Shown one piece after another: positions 1-7,764 of a stretch of 20,292 nt of DNA. Under the pieces are notes generated by a model, which saw nothing but the letters and a program-made list of their open reading frames with translations, did no database searches and was not told the origin of the DNA. The DNA is from Candidatus Krumholzibacteriota bacterium (GTDB lineage Bacteria > Krumholzibacteriota > Krumholzibacteriia > LZORAL124-64-63): contig JBDLKA010000064.1 of the NCBI GenBank assembly GCA_039714075.1, forward strand, positions 1 through 20,292, written 5' to 3'. The position numbers were made by a program, and so were the translations under genes. Every line of letters starts with the position of its first letter. Positions within the stretch are counted from its first letter, which is position 1.

Positions 1-45
1 AAGTATCTTTTGAACCTGGACAATGAAGTCCCGGCGGAGGAATAG
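1..45 (+). CDS. Possible 3' end of an upstream gene (KYLLNLDNEVPAEE*), product unknown
   Basis: Frame 1 is open from the window edge to TAG at 43-45 and a strong terminator follows at 69-102. Confidence 0.4.
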   Translation, partial: KYLLNLDNEVPAEE

Positions 46-68
46 AAAACCCACCGATGGGGAAACTG

Positions 69-102
69 AAAGGGCCGGACGATTTTTCGTCCGGCCTTTT
101 TT
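69..102 (+). terminator. Rho-independent terminator
   Basis: GGCCGGACGA (73-82), loop TTTT, TCGTCCGGCC (87-96), then TTTTTT. Confidence 0.85.
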
Positions 103-161
103 CCCGAAATCGCCTACCAAATTGGTTTATTATCGACTTATGGCCCTGTTAAAAATTTATC

Positions 162-190
162 TTGTATAGGCCACCGGCGCCCCATATCCT
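162..190 (+). promoter_or_regulatory. Putative sigma70 promoter of the decaheme/porin operon
   Basis: TTGTAT (162-167), 17 bp spacer, TATCCT (185-190), with an AT-rich tract upstream; RBS GGAGG at 223-227. Confidence 0.45.
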
Positions 191-233
191 AGCCTATGTC
201 AACAATCGTTTACTCCGTCCGGGGAGGTTTAAC

Positions 234-1157
234 ATGCTGCGTCTGATTCTACCGGTCGCGGGAATTCTCCTGTTGAGCCCGGGTATCGCGGCAAGCGGCG
301 TTTCCTTCGTCGATGCTTTCGAGGTTCCCGCTGGCGCCGACTATGTCGGATCCGAGACCTGTCTCGACTGCCACGATGATGTCGGCGAATTCTACGCCAA
401 CTCCCCCCACTCTCCCGAGCGCGGACTTGCCATCCCGGGCACCGGGATTGCCGGCTGCGAGGCTTGCCACGGACCCGGCAGCCTCCATGTGGAAGAGGAG
501 GGTGACGGTTTCATCATCGGACCCGGGATCCTGGCGAGCCAGGACCAGGGCGTCAAGGTTGCCATGTGCACCCAGTGCCATACTGATCAGGGACTGGAAT
601 GGACCGGCGGCCCCCATGCGGGCACGGACATCTCCTGTGCCAATTGCCACACCGATCAGGTCCATTTCGCCGGTGGCGTCACCCCCGTTTCCGATTTCCG
701 GAACAAGGGCGAATTCTGCCTGCAGTGCCACCCGGCCCAGGTCGCGGATTTCCGGCTTCCCTTCCGTCATCGCGTACTCGAGGGCCAGCTCGACTGCCAG
801 GATTGCCACGATCCCCACGCGGATTTCGACCAGACCGCCTGGAACGGCATGAACAGCGTCTGTCTGGAATGTCATGTGGAAATGGAAGGCCCCTTCGTCT
901 ACGAACACGAAGGCGTGGCCAGCGAGGACTGCGTGACCTGCCACCGTCCCCACGGTTCGAATCACGACAAGTTGCTCATCACCGAATCCAACAGCATGTG
1001 CCTGCAGTGCCATTTCGAACAGGGCTTCAATGCCGCCGACGGTTGGACGATGGGTGCAATGGGACACTCGACCCCTCTGAACGCAGAAGCACGTTGCTAC
1101 GACTGTCACACCGAAGTTCACGGATCGAATTCCGATCCGAACTTCAAGGACCAGTAA
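234..1157 (+). CDS. mtrA: DmsE/MtrA-family periplasmic decaheme c-type cytochrome
   Basis: Start moved to ATG 234 (GGAGG RBS, hydrophobic signal peptide MLRLILPVAGILLLSPGIAA). Ten CXXCH motifs (CLDCH, CEACH, CTQCH, CANCH, CLQCH, CQDCH, CLECH, CVTCH, CLQCH, CYDCH) and family-typical YVGSETCxxCH, GPFVYEH, CHxPHGS and CHTEVHGSN motifs. Confidence 0.88.
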   Translation: MLRLILPVAGILLLSPGIAASGVSFVDAFEVPAGADYVGSETCLDCHDDVGEFYANSPHSPERGLAIPGTGIAGCEACHGPGSLHVEEEGDGFIIGPGILASQDQGVKVAMCTQCHTDQGLEWTGGPHAGTDISCANCHTDQVHFAGGVTPVSDFRNKGEFCLQCHPAQVADFRLPFRHRVLEGQLDCQDCHDPHADFDQTAWNGMNSVCLECHVEMEGPFVYEHEGVASEDCVTCHRPHGSNHDKLLITESNSMCLQCHFEQGFNAADGWTMGAMGHSTPLNAEARCYDCHTEVHGSNSDPNFKDQ

Positions 1158-1169
1158 AGGAGTACGACC

Positions 1170-3110
1170 ATGAAGATGAATAGGACGATGACCGTTACGG
1201 TCCTGGGCCTGGCGCTTCTGGCGTACGCCTTGCCGACCCTGGCCGAAGACACCGTGGACCTGCCCGCCCAGGCCCAGCGCATCTGGGCTCCGACGGGTGA
1301 TTTGATCGGACAGAACAACCATGGAACGGCCACCTTCCAGGCCAAGGACCCGCACGGCAACGAAGCCAAGGGGGCCGAGGACTGGCAACTGGTCCAGAAA
1401 TATTCCGGCGAGGGGTTGTTCGGATATTTCCGCACCCGCCAGGACGGCTCCCGATACTGGCTGCGGGCTTCCGGAGACAACGGAGGCACGGGCGGCCCGG
1501 TCGGCAAGATCGACCTGGGCGGCAACATTCCCGGCAAATTGAAGTGGAGCATCGAATACCGGGATTTCGACTACTTCTACGACCGGACCAGCGAGATGCG
1601 GGCGCCGGGCTTCGCCGCTCCCCCGCCTCCGCCGGAACTCGGGATCCTGCCCGAACTCAACTGGCGGCGGGGTTCCCTGCAGGCCGCCTACCGCCTGTCC
1701 GACAAATTCTCGTTGGCCGGCGGCTTCAACCGGAAATGCCGTCATGGTGAAAAGGGGAGCCTTTTGCGGGGCCTGTTCAACTCCGGAGCATCCGTCCCCG
1801 GCAGGAAGCTTTTCGATACCTCGACCAATGAATTCTGGGGCGGGGTCGGCTTCGCCACCGGAAGTTTCGGCTCGGATCTGAACCTGAGCTACCGCAGCAC
1901 CGAAGGGACCCGCGCCCTGGAGGGCCCGCATTACTACTCCGACGACCAGACCCGGTTCGGCGCCAGACTAGGGCTCTCCTATGTCCTGAACGACAGGTTC
2001 AAGCTTGTCGGGCACGGGGCAACCTCCAAACTGGAAAACACCGGTTGGGACAATACGGGACTCAGAACCTACGATCTCAATGGTGAAACAAAAACCAACG
2101 CCGGGCAGATCGGATTGCTGGCCCGGTTGGGGAAATCCGGCAACCTGGCCGCTTCCGCGAATTTCCGAAGTCTGGATACCGACGCCCGGGCCAACCTGGC
2201 GGCGGACATCCAGCAGGCCACTGACCGCAAGCGGGACAGCCAGGATTATCGGGTCTCCTTCAACTACCACGGGCTGGCCAAGACACGACTGCGGCTCGAT
2301 TACCGGTACGGCACCTCCAACCTGGACCAGACCGTGGCCGAGGGAGACGTTCCGGGGGGCGGTCAGGTCGGTGACTACCAGGTGACCAACCAGACCAGGA
2401 CCCGGCAGGACCTGGGCTTGCGCGGCCGTTACCGTTTCGGCTCCGCGATGTCCATCAAGGCCGTGGTCGCGTGGCGGAAGCTGGAGATCGACCAGAAGGA
2501 TCCCACGCTCTCCAACCCGGCCAACCCGTTGACCTTCTGGATGGGCGACCGGAACCAGGACCGTCTGCGCTGGGAGTTGGCCCTGCGCATGCGCCTCGGA
2601 CGGTGGGTCCGTTTCGACATCGGCCACCAGGCCATCGACCAGACCTTCGAGCGCAAGGATTTCGGACTGAGCGAATCCACCTGGAAGGCCAACCGCGGTT
2701 TCACCAACCTGACCTGGACGCCCGGCGGGGGCAGCCTGGACCTCTACGGCATGTTCTCCTACGGGGTGGAGGAATACGCCCTGACCACCGATCCCGTGCC
2801 GACGACGGACATGAACGCGATCGCCTACAACGGGAGCACCATGCGGTTCAGTCCGGGCGCCACGCTCCGCCTGGGTGACAACCTCCGCCTCGAAGGCCAC
2901 TACGAAGGCATCAGGTTCGAGGATACCGGCAACGAAGACGTCATCAGGAAGCTGCAGGCCGACCATGACCGGCTCGCCCTGCGGGCCGGTTATCAGGTCT
3001 CGACCTGGGCCAGGGTGTCCGCTTCCTACACGCGCAATGAATTCGACGAAAACAGGTGGGACGATTACATCCATCACCTGTACGCCGTTTCGGTTTCGAA
3101 AACTTTCTGA
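1170..3110 (+). CDS. mtrB: MtrB/PioB-like outer-membrane beta-barrel (porin partner of the decaheme)
   Basis: AAGGAG RBS; signal peptide ending in TLA-E; 646 aa of alternating amphipathic beta-strand pattern; C-terminal Phe (YAVSVSKTF, BAM-type signal); 12 bp downstream of the decaheme gene. Confidence 0.75.
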   Translation: MKMNRTMTVTVLGLALLAYALPTLAEDTVDLPAQAQRIWAPTGDLIGQNNHGTATFQAKDPHGNEAKGAEDWQLVQKYSGEGLFGYFRTRQDGSRYWLRASGDNGGTGGPVGKIDLGGNIPGKLKWSIEYRDFDYFYDRTSEMRAPGFAAPPPPPELGILPELNWRRGSLQAAYRLSDKFSLAGGFNRKCRHGEKGSLLRGLFNSGASVPGRKLFDTSTNEFWGGVGFATGSFGSDLNLSYRSTEGTRALEGPHYYSDDQTRFGARLGLSYVLNDRFKLVGHGATSKLENTGWDNTGLRTYDLNGETKTNAGQIGLLARLGKSGNLAASANFRSLDTDARANLAADIQQATDRKRDSQDYRVSFNYHGLAKTRLRLDYRYGTSNLDQTVAEGDVPGGGQVGDYQVTNQTRTRQDLGLRGRYRFGSAMSIKAVVAWRKLEIDQKDPTLSNPANPLTFWMGDRNQDRLRWELALRMRLGRWVRFDIGHQAIDQTFERKDFGLSESTWKANRGFTNLTWTPGGGSLDLYGMFSYGVEEYALTTDPVPTTDMNAIAYNGSTMRFSPGATLRLGDNLRLEGHYEGIRFEDTGNEDVIRKLQADHDRLALRAGYQVSTWARVSASYTRNEFDENRWDDYIHHLYAVSVSKTF

Positions 3111-3126
3111 TTGACGATGACCAACC

Positions 3127-3154
3127 GGGGGCCCCGAAGGGGGCCCTCTTTTTT
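3127..3154 (+). terminator. Rho-independent terminator after the porin gene
   Basis: GGGGGCCCC-GAAG-GGGGCCCTC followed by TTTTTT. Confidence 0.85.
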
Positions 3155-3212
3155 CCACCTGGTGAACCCTTCTAACTCCCACCATTTCTGTATGTTATAT
3201 TAAAAACAAATA

Positions 3213-3241
3213 TTGACAAATTTTTCACAGGACGCCATTTT
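3213..3241 (+). promoter_or_regulatory. Sigma70 promoter of the TetR-cytochrome-rhodanese operon
   Basis: Perfect TTGACA (3213-3218), 17 bp spacer, CATTTT (3236-3241), AT-rich UP-like tract at 3190-3212. Confidence 0.6.
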
Positions 3242-3245
3242 CCCG

Positions 3246-3265
3246 GTAGGTAAACGTTTCCTTAC
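3246..3265. promoter_or_regulatory. Imperfect 20-bp palindrome, probable TetR operator
   Basis: GTAGGTAAAC|GTTTCCTTAC (8 of 10 positions symmetric) lies over the predicted transcription start, just upstream of the TetR gene. Confidence 0.6.
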
Positions 3266-3283
3266 TCAATGAGGGAAGAGATT

Positions 3284-3931
3284 GTGAACCCCGTTAACGG
3301 CCCCCCGAACCGGCGCCTGCAGATCCTCACCGAGGCCACTCATCTTTTTGCCGCCAAGGGATTCGAGGGTGCGTCCATGCGGACCATCGCCAAAGCCTGC
3401 GGCATCACCGAGGCCGCCATCTACCGCCATTTCACCAGCAAGAACGATCTGTATGAACAGGTCATCACCGCCAAGGCTGTTCAGCACAACATCGCCGGAC
3501 AATTGGAGACCTTCTCCTCCGACTGGAGTATCGAGCAGGTTTTGCGGGCAATCGCCGAACACATCCTGGAGATGGCCAGGCAGGACCCGGAGTTGATGCG
3601 CCTGATGGTCAACAACAGCCTCGAGCGCGGCTCCTCGGTGGCCCGGGTCCTCTTCAAGGAAGTCCGTCTGCCCTACATCACCTATATGTCGGGTGAATTG
3701 ACGAAGCGCATTGCCGCCGGTGAAATCCGCGCCATCGACCCGGTGATCACCAGCCGCTGCTTCGTGGGCATGGTCATGGACTGCGCCCTCAACGTCGGAG
3801 TCTGGAACCGGATCGCGGGCCTGGATATCGCCGCCGACGACGTGGTGTGCAACAACGTTCCCATTTTCGCCCTCGGTCTTTCCAAGGATTTCGGAACCGA
3901 TAACCCCGTTACCCAACCAGGGAGAGCCTGA
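3284..3931 (+). CDS. TetR/AcrR-family transcriptional regulator
   Basis: N-terminal HTH ILTEATHLFAAKGFEGASMRTIAKACGITEAAIYRHFTSKNDL. GTG 3284 after GAGGGAAGAG is preferred as start (ATG 3269 is an alternative). Its stop overlaps the next ATG (TGATG). Confidence 0.9.
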   Translation: MNPVNGPPNRRLQILTEATHLFAAKGFEGASMRTIAKACGITEAAIYRHFTSKNDLYEQVITAKAVQHNIAGQLETFSSDWSIEQVLRAIAEHILEMARQDPELMRLMVNNSLERGSSVARVLFKEVRLPYITYMSGELTKRIAAGEIRAIDPVITSRCFVGMVMDCALNVGVWNRIAGLDIAADDVVCNNVPIFALGLSKDFGTDNPVTQPGRA

Positions 3932-5397
3932 TGAAACGCTTCATCATCCTACCCGTCCTACTCCTCCTGGCGCTTGTCGTCCTGTGGGGATGCGACAACG
4001 ACACGTCCAACGATCCGGTCGATCCCGGAGCCGGTGACATTCCTCCGGAAAAATCCTGTCTGGGCTGCCATTCGAGCGAGGAACTACTGAAGGCGGCTAT
4101 TGGGGATACATCAGGATCAATGGTCCTGCTTCGTGCGAAAGACGGCGGCTGAGGTGGCGAAGTTCCCACGCTGGAAGCGTGGCAAAAAGTCTTCATCGAC
4201 CTGGGGAACAATTATGGCGCGGGTTTCGTCGCCAGTGTCCATGGTCCGAATTACACAGGGCAGGCCATTCCCCACAAGCTTTCCTGCCAAGCCTGTCATG
4301 CGGGACCCGAGGACAACAATTTCAACGGCATGGCCGAGGCCCATGTGGGCATGGTCCCCGACCCCAGCAGGCCGGGCGAGGTAGGATGCAACGCCACCGG
4401 CTGCCACAGTGCCGAACCATTTGCTTCCGCCTGTTCGTCCAGTGACTGCCATCCCACCCATGCGGAGAACTGGACCTCCAGCCTCCACGCCAACCTCCAG
4501 GGCGAGGTCAATGCCGTGGAAGGCCGCTGTGCCATCGACCTGGACCAGTCCGGCTTTCGCCCTTCTTTCAACAACCAGTGCGCCCAGTGCCACGCCACCT
4601 GCGGCCAATGCCACGTTTCACGACCCAACAGCTCCGGCGGCGGATTTGTCTACCTGGAGGGCGCCACGGTTTCCCGTTCGCATCTTTTCCAGAGCAAGCC
4701 CCACATGACCGAACAGTGTACCGCCTGTCATGGCACAAGGATCGCCACGGACTACCTGAAGCAGGGTGATGGGATTCCCGAAACGAATGTCGAGGACATC
4801 CATTGGAGGCTCCTTTCCTTCACCTGCATCGATTGTCACAGCGGCAATGAACTTCACGGTAACGGCCAGGTCCTGGACCATCGCTACGAGGTGGCGGAAA
4901 TGCCCCGTTGCGAAAAGTGCCACAGCAGCCTGGAGCCGGGTAACGACTTCCATGATTTCCACGTGGGAGTGGAGGGCCGCGACCTGCAATGCCAGATATG
5001 CCATTCCCAGCCCTATCGGAATTGTACGGGATGCCACAACACGGTTGACGGAACCGTATACGACGAAGAGTTCAACCTGAAGATCGCCAGGAACGACCCG
5101 ACGGCGTTCCCCTACCGCCAGGACAACCCCTATCGCCCTGACAACAAGGGGTATGACTTCGTGCTGGTCAGGCACGTCCCGGTCGCGCGAAACACGTACG
5201 AACACTGGGGATTGGTCGATATGCCCAACTACACGGGCAAACCGACCTGGTTATACACGTCGCCGCACAACATCGTCAAAAACACTCCCCGGGCCGCCGA
5301 CTGCGGCAGCTGTCACGATTCCGACTTCTACCTGAAGACCAGCGACTTGACGACACCCGACGAGCGGACCGCCAACGCCGGGATCGTCATGGATTGA
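3931..5397 (+). CDS. Multiheme c-type cytochrome lipoprotein with probable selenocysteine (TGA 4150-4152, Sec74); 488 aa, 10 CXXCH plus 2 CX4CH
   Basis: ORFs 3931..4152 and 4330..5397 are in the same frame. The 59 codons between them are open (GGEVPTLEAWQKVFIDLG...SCQACHAG) and contain a heme motif. The only signal peptide/lipobox (LWG-C21) is upstream of the TGA. SECIS-like hairpin at 4166-4182. Confidence 0.8.
4150..4182 (+). other. In-frame UGA plus candidate bacterial SECIS element
   Basis: TGA, 13 nt, then CCACGCT-GGA-AGCGTGG (perfect 7-bp stem, G at the first loop positions, loop about 20 nt after the UGA). Confidence 0.7.
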
Positions 5398-5502
5398 GAA
5401 AGTCGAGAGGTGCGGGCGTTATAACGATGCCCGCCGAAGTAAGAAGGGTGACTCCACCCACCACCCGGACCTTTAACTTTCAGGTCCCTGCAAGGAGAAA
5501 AA

Positions 5503-6546
5503 ATGCACAAGCGACTTACCTGGATGCTTCTCATGCTCATGGCATTGCTGGTCTTCGTCGGTTGTTCGGACGATGACGACCCTGCCGCACCACCGGCGGC
5601 AACCAATTTCGAGACCATAGCTGAAGCAGTCGAAGCCTACCTGCCGGTCGTCGGCACTTCGTACATCAAGGCGGTCGACCTGAACCCCATGGTCAACGCC
5701 GATCCGCCGACCACCGTGGTCTTCGACATCAGGAATGCCGATTATTATGCGTCTGGCCACATCAAGGGCGCGATATCCACAACCCTCGCGGACATCGTTA
5801 CCGCGGTCGAGGCAGAAGGTCTGGCCAAAACCGACCATCTCGTAATCGCCTGTGACACGGGTCAGGTCGCCGGGCACGCGGTATTGGCCCTGCGGTTGCT
5901 AGGTTACGAGAACGCCAAGACCCTAAAGTTCGGCATGAGTTCCTGGAACGATAAAGGCACCGGTCCCAGGTGGACCGAACCCGTCGCCCCGGCGACGACC
6001 TCCGGTTCCTGCAAGGACGACCTGGCGCCGACCAACATCGAAGTCACCGAAAACGCACTCGGTGACGATGACCTCCAGGACTACCCCACCGGGCAGAAAA
6101 CCCTCCGGGACGCCGTGCTGGACATGCTGGCCGCCGGCTTTCAGAAAACAACCATGGGCGACGTCAATTTGGCCGGTAACATGGACACCTACTTCTGGCT
6201 CAATTACGTTCCCATGGACGACTATACCGACCAGGGTGTCACGCCGGGCCACGTGAAAGGCGCCTACCAATTCTCACCCAATGGTTCCAACGACATCGAC
6301 AGGAACCTGAAGATGAAGTACCTGCCCACCGACGGCACGACCATCCTTGTCTACTGCTACACGGGCCAGGGGTCAAGCCAGGCCGTCGCTGCCTTGAATG
6401 TTCTCGGCTACAAGGCCAAGTCGGTTAAATTCGGGTACAACCACCTGTTCTACAACAACGTTGGCTATACCGCCGGCAGCAAGTGGAAAGACACCATGTG
6501 CGGCGACTACCCGCTGTACAACAACGACGGTATCCTTATCCCCTAG
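5503..6546 (+). CDS. Tandem rhodanese-domain (sulfurtransferase-like) lipoprotein
   Basis: AAGGAG RBS; lipobox FVG-C; two rhodanese domains (VFDIRNADYYASGHIKGA...IACDTGQVA...LLGY and GHVKGA...VYCYTGQGS...VLGY), each with an active-site Cys. Confidence 0.88.
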   Translation: MHKRLTWMLLMLMALLVFVGCSDDDDPAAPPAATNFETIAEAVEAYLPVVGTSYIKAVDLNPMVNADPPTTVVFDIRNADYYASGHIKGAISTTLADIVTAVEAEGLAKTDHLVIACDTGQVAGHAVLALRLLGYENAKTLKFGMSSWNDKGTGPRWTEPVAPATTSGSCKDDLAPTNIEVTENALGDDDLQDYPTGQKTLRDAVLDMLAAGFQKTTMGDVNLAGNMDTYFWLNYVPMDDYTDQGVTPGHVKGAYQFSPNGSNDIDRNLKMKYLPTDGTTILVYCYTGQGSSQAVAALNVLGYKAKSVKFGYNHLFYNNVGYTAGSKWKDTMCGDYPLYNNDGILIP

Positions 6547-6559
6547 CCGAAAAGACGGC

Positions 6560-6608
6560 CTGGAATAATAAAGGGAGGGCCAAACGGCCCTCCCTTTGAT
6601 TATTCCAG
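6560..6608. terminator. Bidirectional terminator between the convergent rhodanese and patB genes
   Basis: CTGGAATAATAAAGGGAGGGCC-AAAC-GGCCCTCCCTTT(G)ATTATTCCAG: 22-bp stem with one bulge and A/T-rich flanks on both sides. Confidence 0.85.
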
Positions 6609-6615
6609 CATCGCC

Positions 6616-7764
6616 TCAATCATCCGCGGCAACAGCTCCCCTTAGCCGGTCGCATGCTGCCACCAGGGTGGCCCGCGTGCACCCGAAATTGAAACGGACA
6701 TACCCAGGCCCCGCAAAATCCCGCCCGTCCGAAAAACCCAGCCCGTGGTTTTCGAAATGACCGATCGGATCATCAAGGTCCAGGGCGTCCACATCGAGCC
6801 AAGCCAGATAGGTGGCTTCGACCGGAGCCATGGTGACGCCCGGCAAATCTTCCACCTGACCCGCCAGGTAGTCCCGGTTTTCCCGGAGATATTCATTCTG
6901 CGCGGCCAGCCAGTCGCTTCCGTCCCGCCAGGCGGCCAGGGCCGCCACATATCCCAGGACGTTGACCGACGGGACGATGCCGGCCTTGGCCCGGCGAAAA
7001 CGGCGGCGCAGACCGTCATCCGGTATCACGGCCAACGAACAGCTGAGCCCCGCCACGTTGAAGGCCTTGCTCGGCGCCATCAGGGTGATGGTCCGCGCGG
7101 CGATGTCTCGCCCGAGGGCCGCCATGGGCACATGCTTCACGCCCTCGGCCAGGATCAACTGGCTGTGGATCTCGTCGCTGCAGATGACCGTCCGGTTTTC
7201 CAGGCAGGTCTCGGCGACCATTTCCAGTTCCTCGCGGCGCCAGGCCCGACCCACCGGATTGTGGGGATGGCACCACAACAGCACCGAACAGTTGTCGTCC
7301 AGCCCGGCCGCCAGCCTGCGGTGGTCCACGGACCACCCGGCAAGGTTGTCACCGGACAGGGGAATCGTGACCAGTTTGCGGTCCATGAGGGCGGGCGCCT
7401 TCAGGAAGGGCGGGTAGACGGGCGTCAGGACAGCCACTCCGTCACCCGACGTCCCGACGGCACGGCAGGTGACATTGATTCCGCTGACCAGGCCGGGCAG
7501 CCAGACCAGCCAGGCGGGATCAACCTCCCAACCCCATTCGCTTTTACAGGTTTCGACAGTCGTTTCCACCAGTTCCGCCGGTGGGTCACCGTACCCGAAC
7601 ACCCCGTGTTCAACCCGCCGTGCCAAGGCCTCGATCACCGCAGGGGAACAACGGAAATCCGTATCGGCCACCCACAGGGGCAGGATGTCACGGCCGACGT
7701 ACCTGGCCCATTTGTGGCTGTCGGTGCCCGTCCGTTCCACCGGGGTGTCGAAATCGAATTCCAC
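6616..7764 (-). CDS. patB: PatB/MalY-family PLP-dependent cystathionine beta-lyase / cysteine-S-conjugate C-S lyase
   Basis: Motifs FDFDTPVERTGTDSHKW, LPLWVADTDF, HGVFGY, CHPHNPVGR, SDEIH, APSKAFNVAGL (PLP lysine), EATYLAWLD, RFNFGC. Confidence 0.92.
   Translation of the reverse strand: MEFDFDTPVERTGTDSHKWARYVGRDILPLWVADTDFRCSPAVIEALARRVEHGVFGYGDPPAELVETTVETCKSEWGWEVDPAWLVWLPGLVSGINVTCRAVGTSGDGVAVLTPVYPPFLKAPALMDRKLVTIPLSGDNLAGWSVDHRRLAAGLDDNCSVLLWCHPHNPVGRAWRREELEMVAETCLENRTVICSDEIHSQLILAEGVKHVPMAALGRDIAARTITLMAPSKAFNVAGLSCSLAVIPDDGLRRRFRRAKAGIVPSVNVLGYVAALAAWRDGSDWLAAQNEYLRENRDYLAGQVEDLPGVTMAPVEATYLAWLDVDALDLDDPIGHFENHGLGFSDGRDFAGPGYVRFNFGCTRATLVAACDRLRGAVAADD

Noticed and set aside
1729..1752. 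Possible heme site in the porin (NRKCRHG)
   Set aside because: Single Cys; not a CXXCH motif
3108..3154. Read-through of the porin TGA with the downstream hairpin as SECIS
   Set aside because: The protein ends in the BAM-type terminal Phe and the hairpin has a U-tract typical of a terminator
4150..4152. TGA read as Gly or Trp by an alternative genetic code (25 or 4)
   Set aside because: TGA is the normal stop of many genes here (3110, 3931, 11945, 12595, 12831, 13541, 19279), several in coupled overlaps, and no other gene has an internal TGA
4330..5397. Stand-alone 355-aa cytochrome starting at ATG 4330, or a nonsense pseudogene
   Set aside because: No RBS or signal peptide, and it would drop the in-frame CQACH heme. 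All motifs are intact and a SECIS-like stem follows the UGA, so recoding fits better than decay, though a nonsense mutation cannot be fully excluded without homologs
5395..5434. Second Sec at the cytochrome stop (TGA followed by a hairpin)
   Set aside because: Read-through adds only 8 codons before TAA (5422-5424) and the hairpin loop is not SECIS-like
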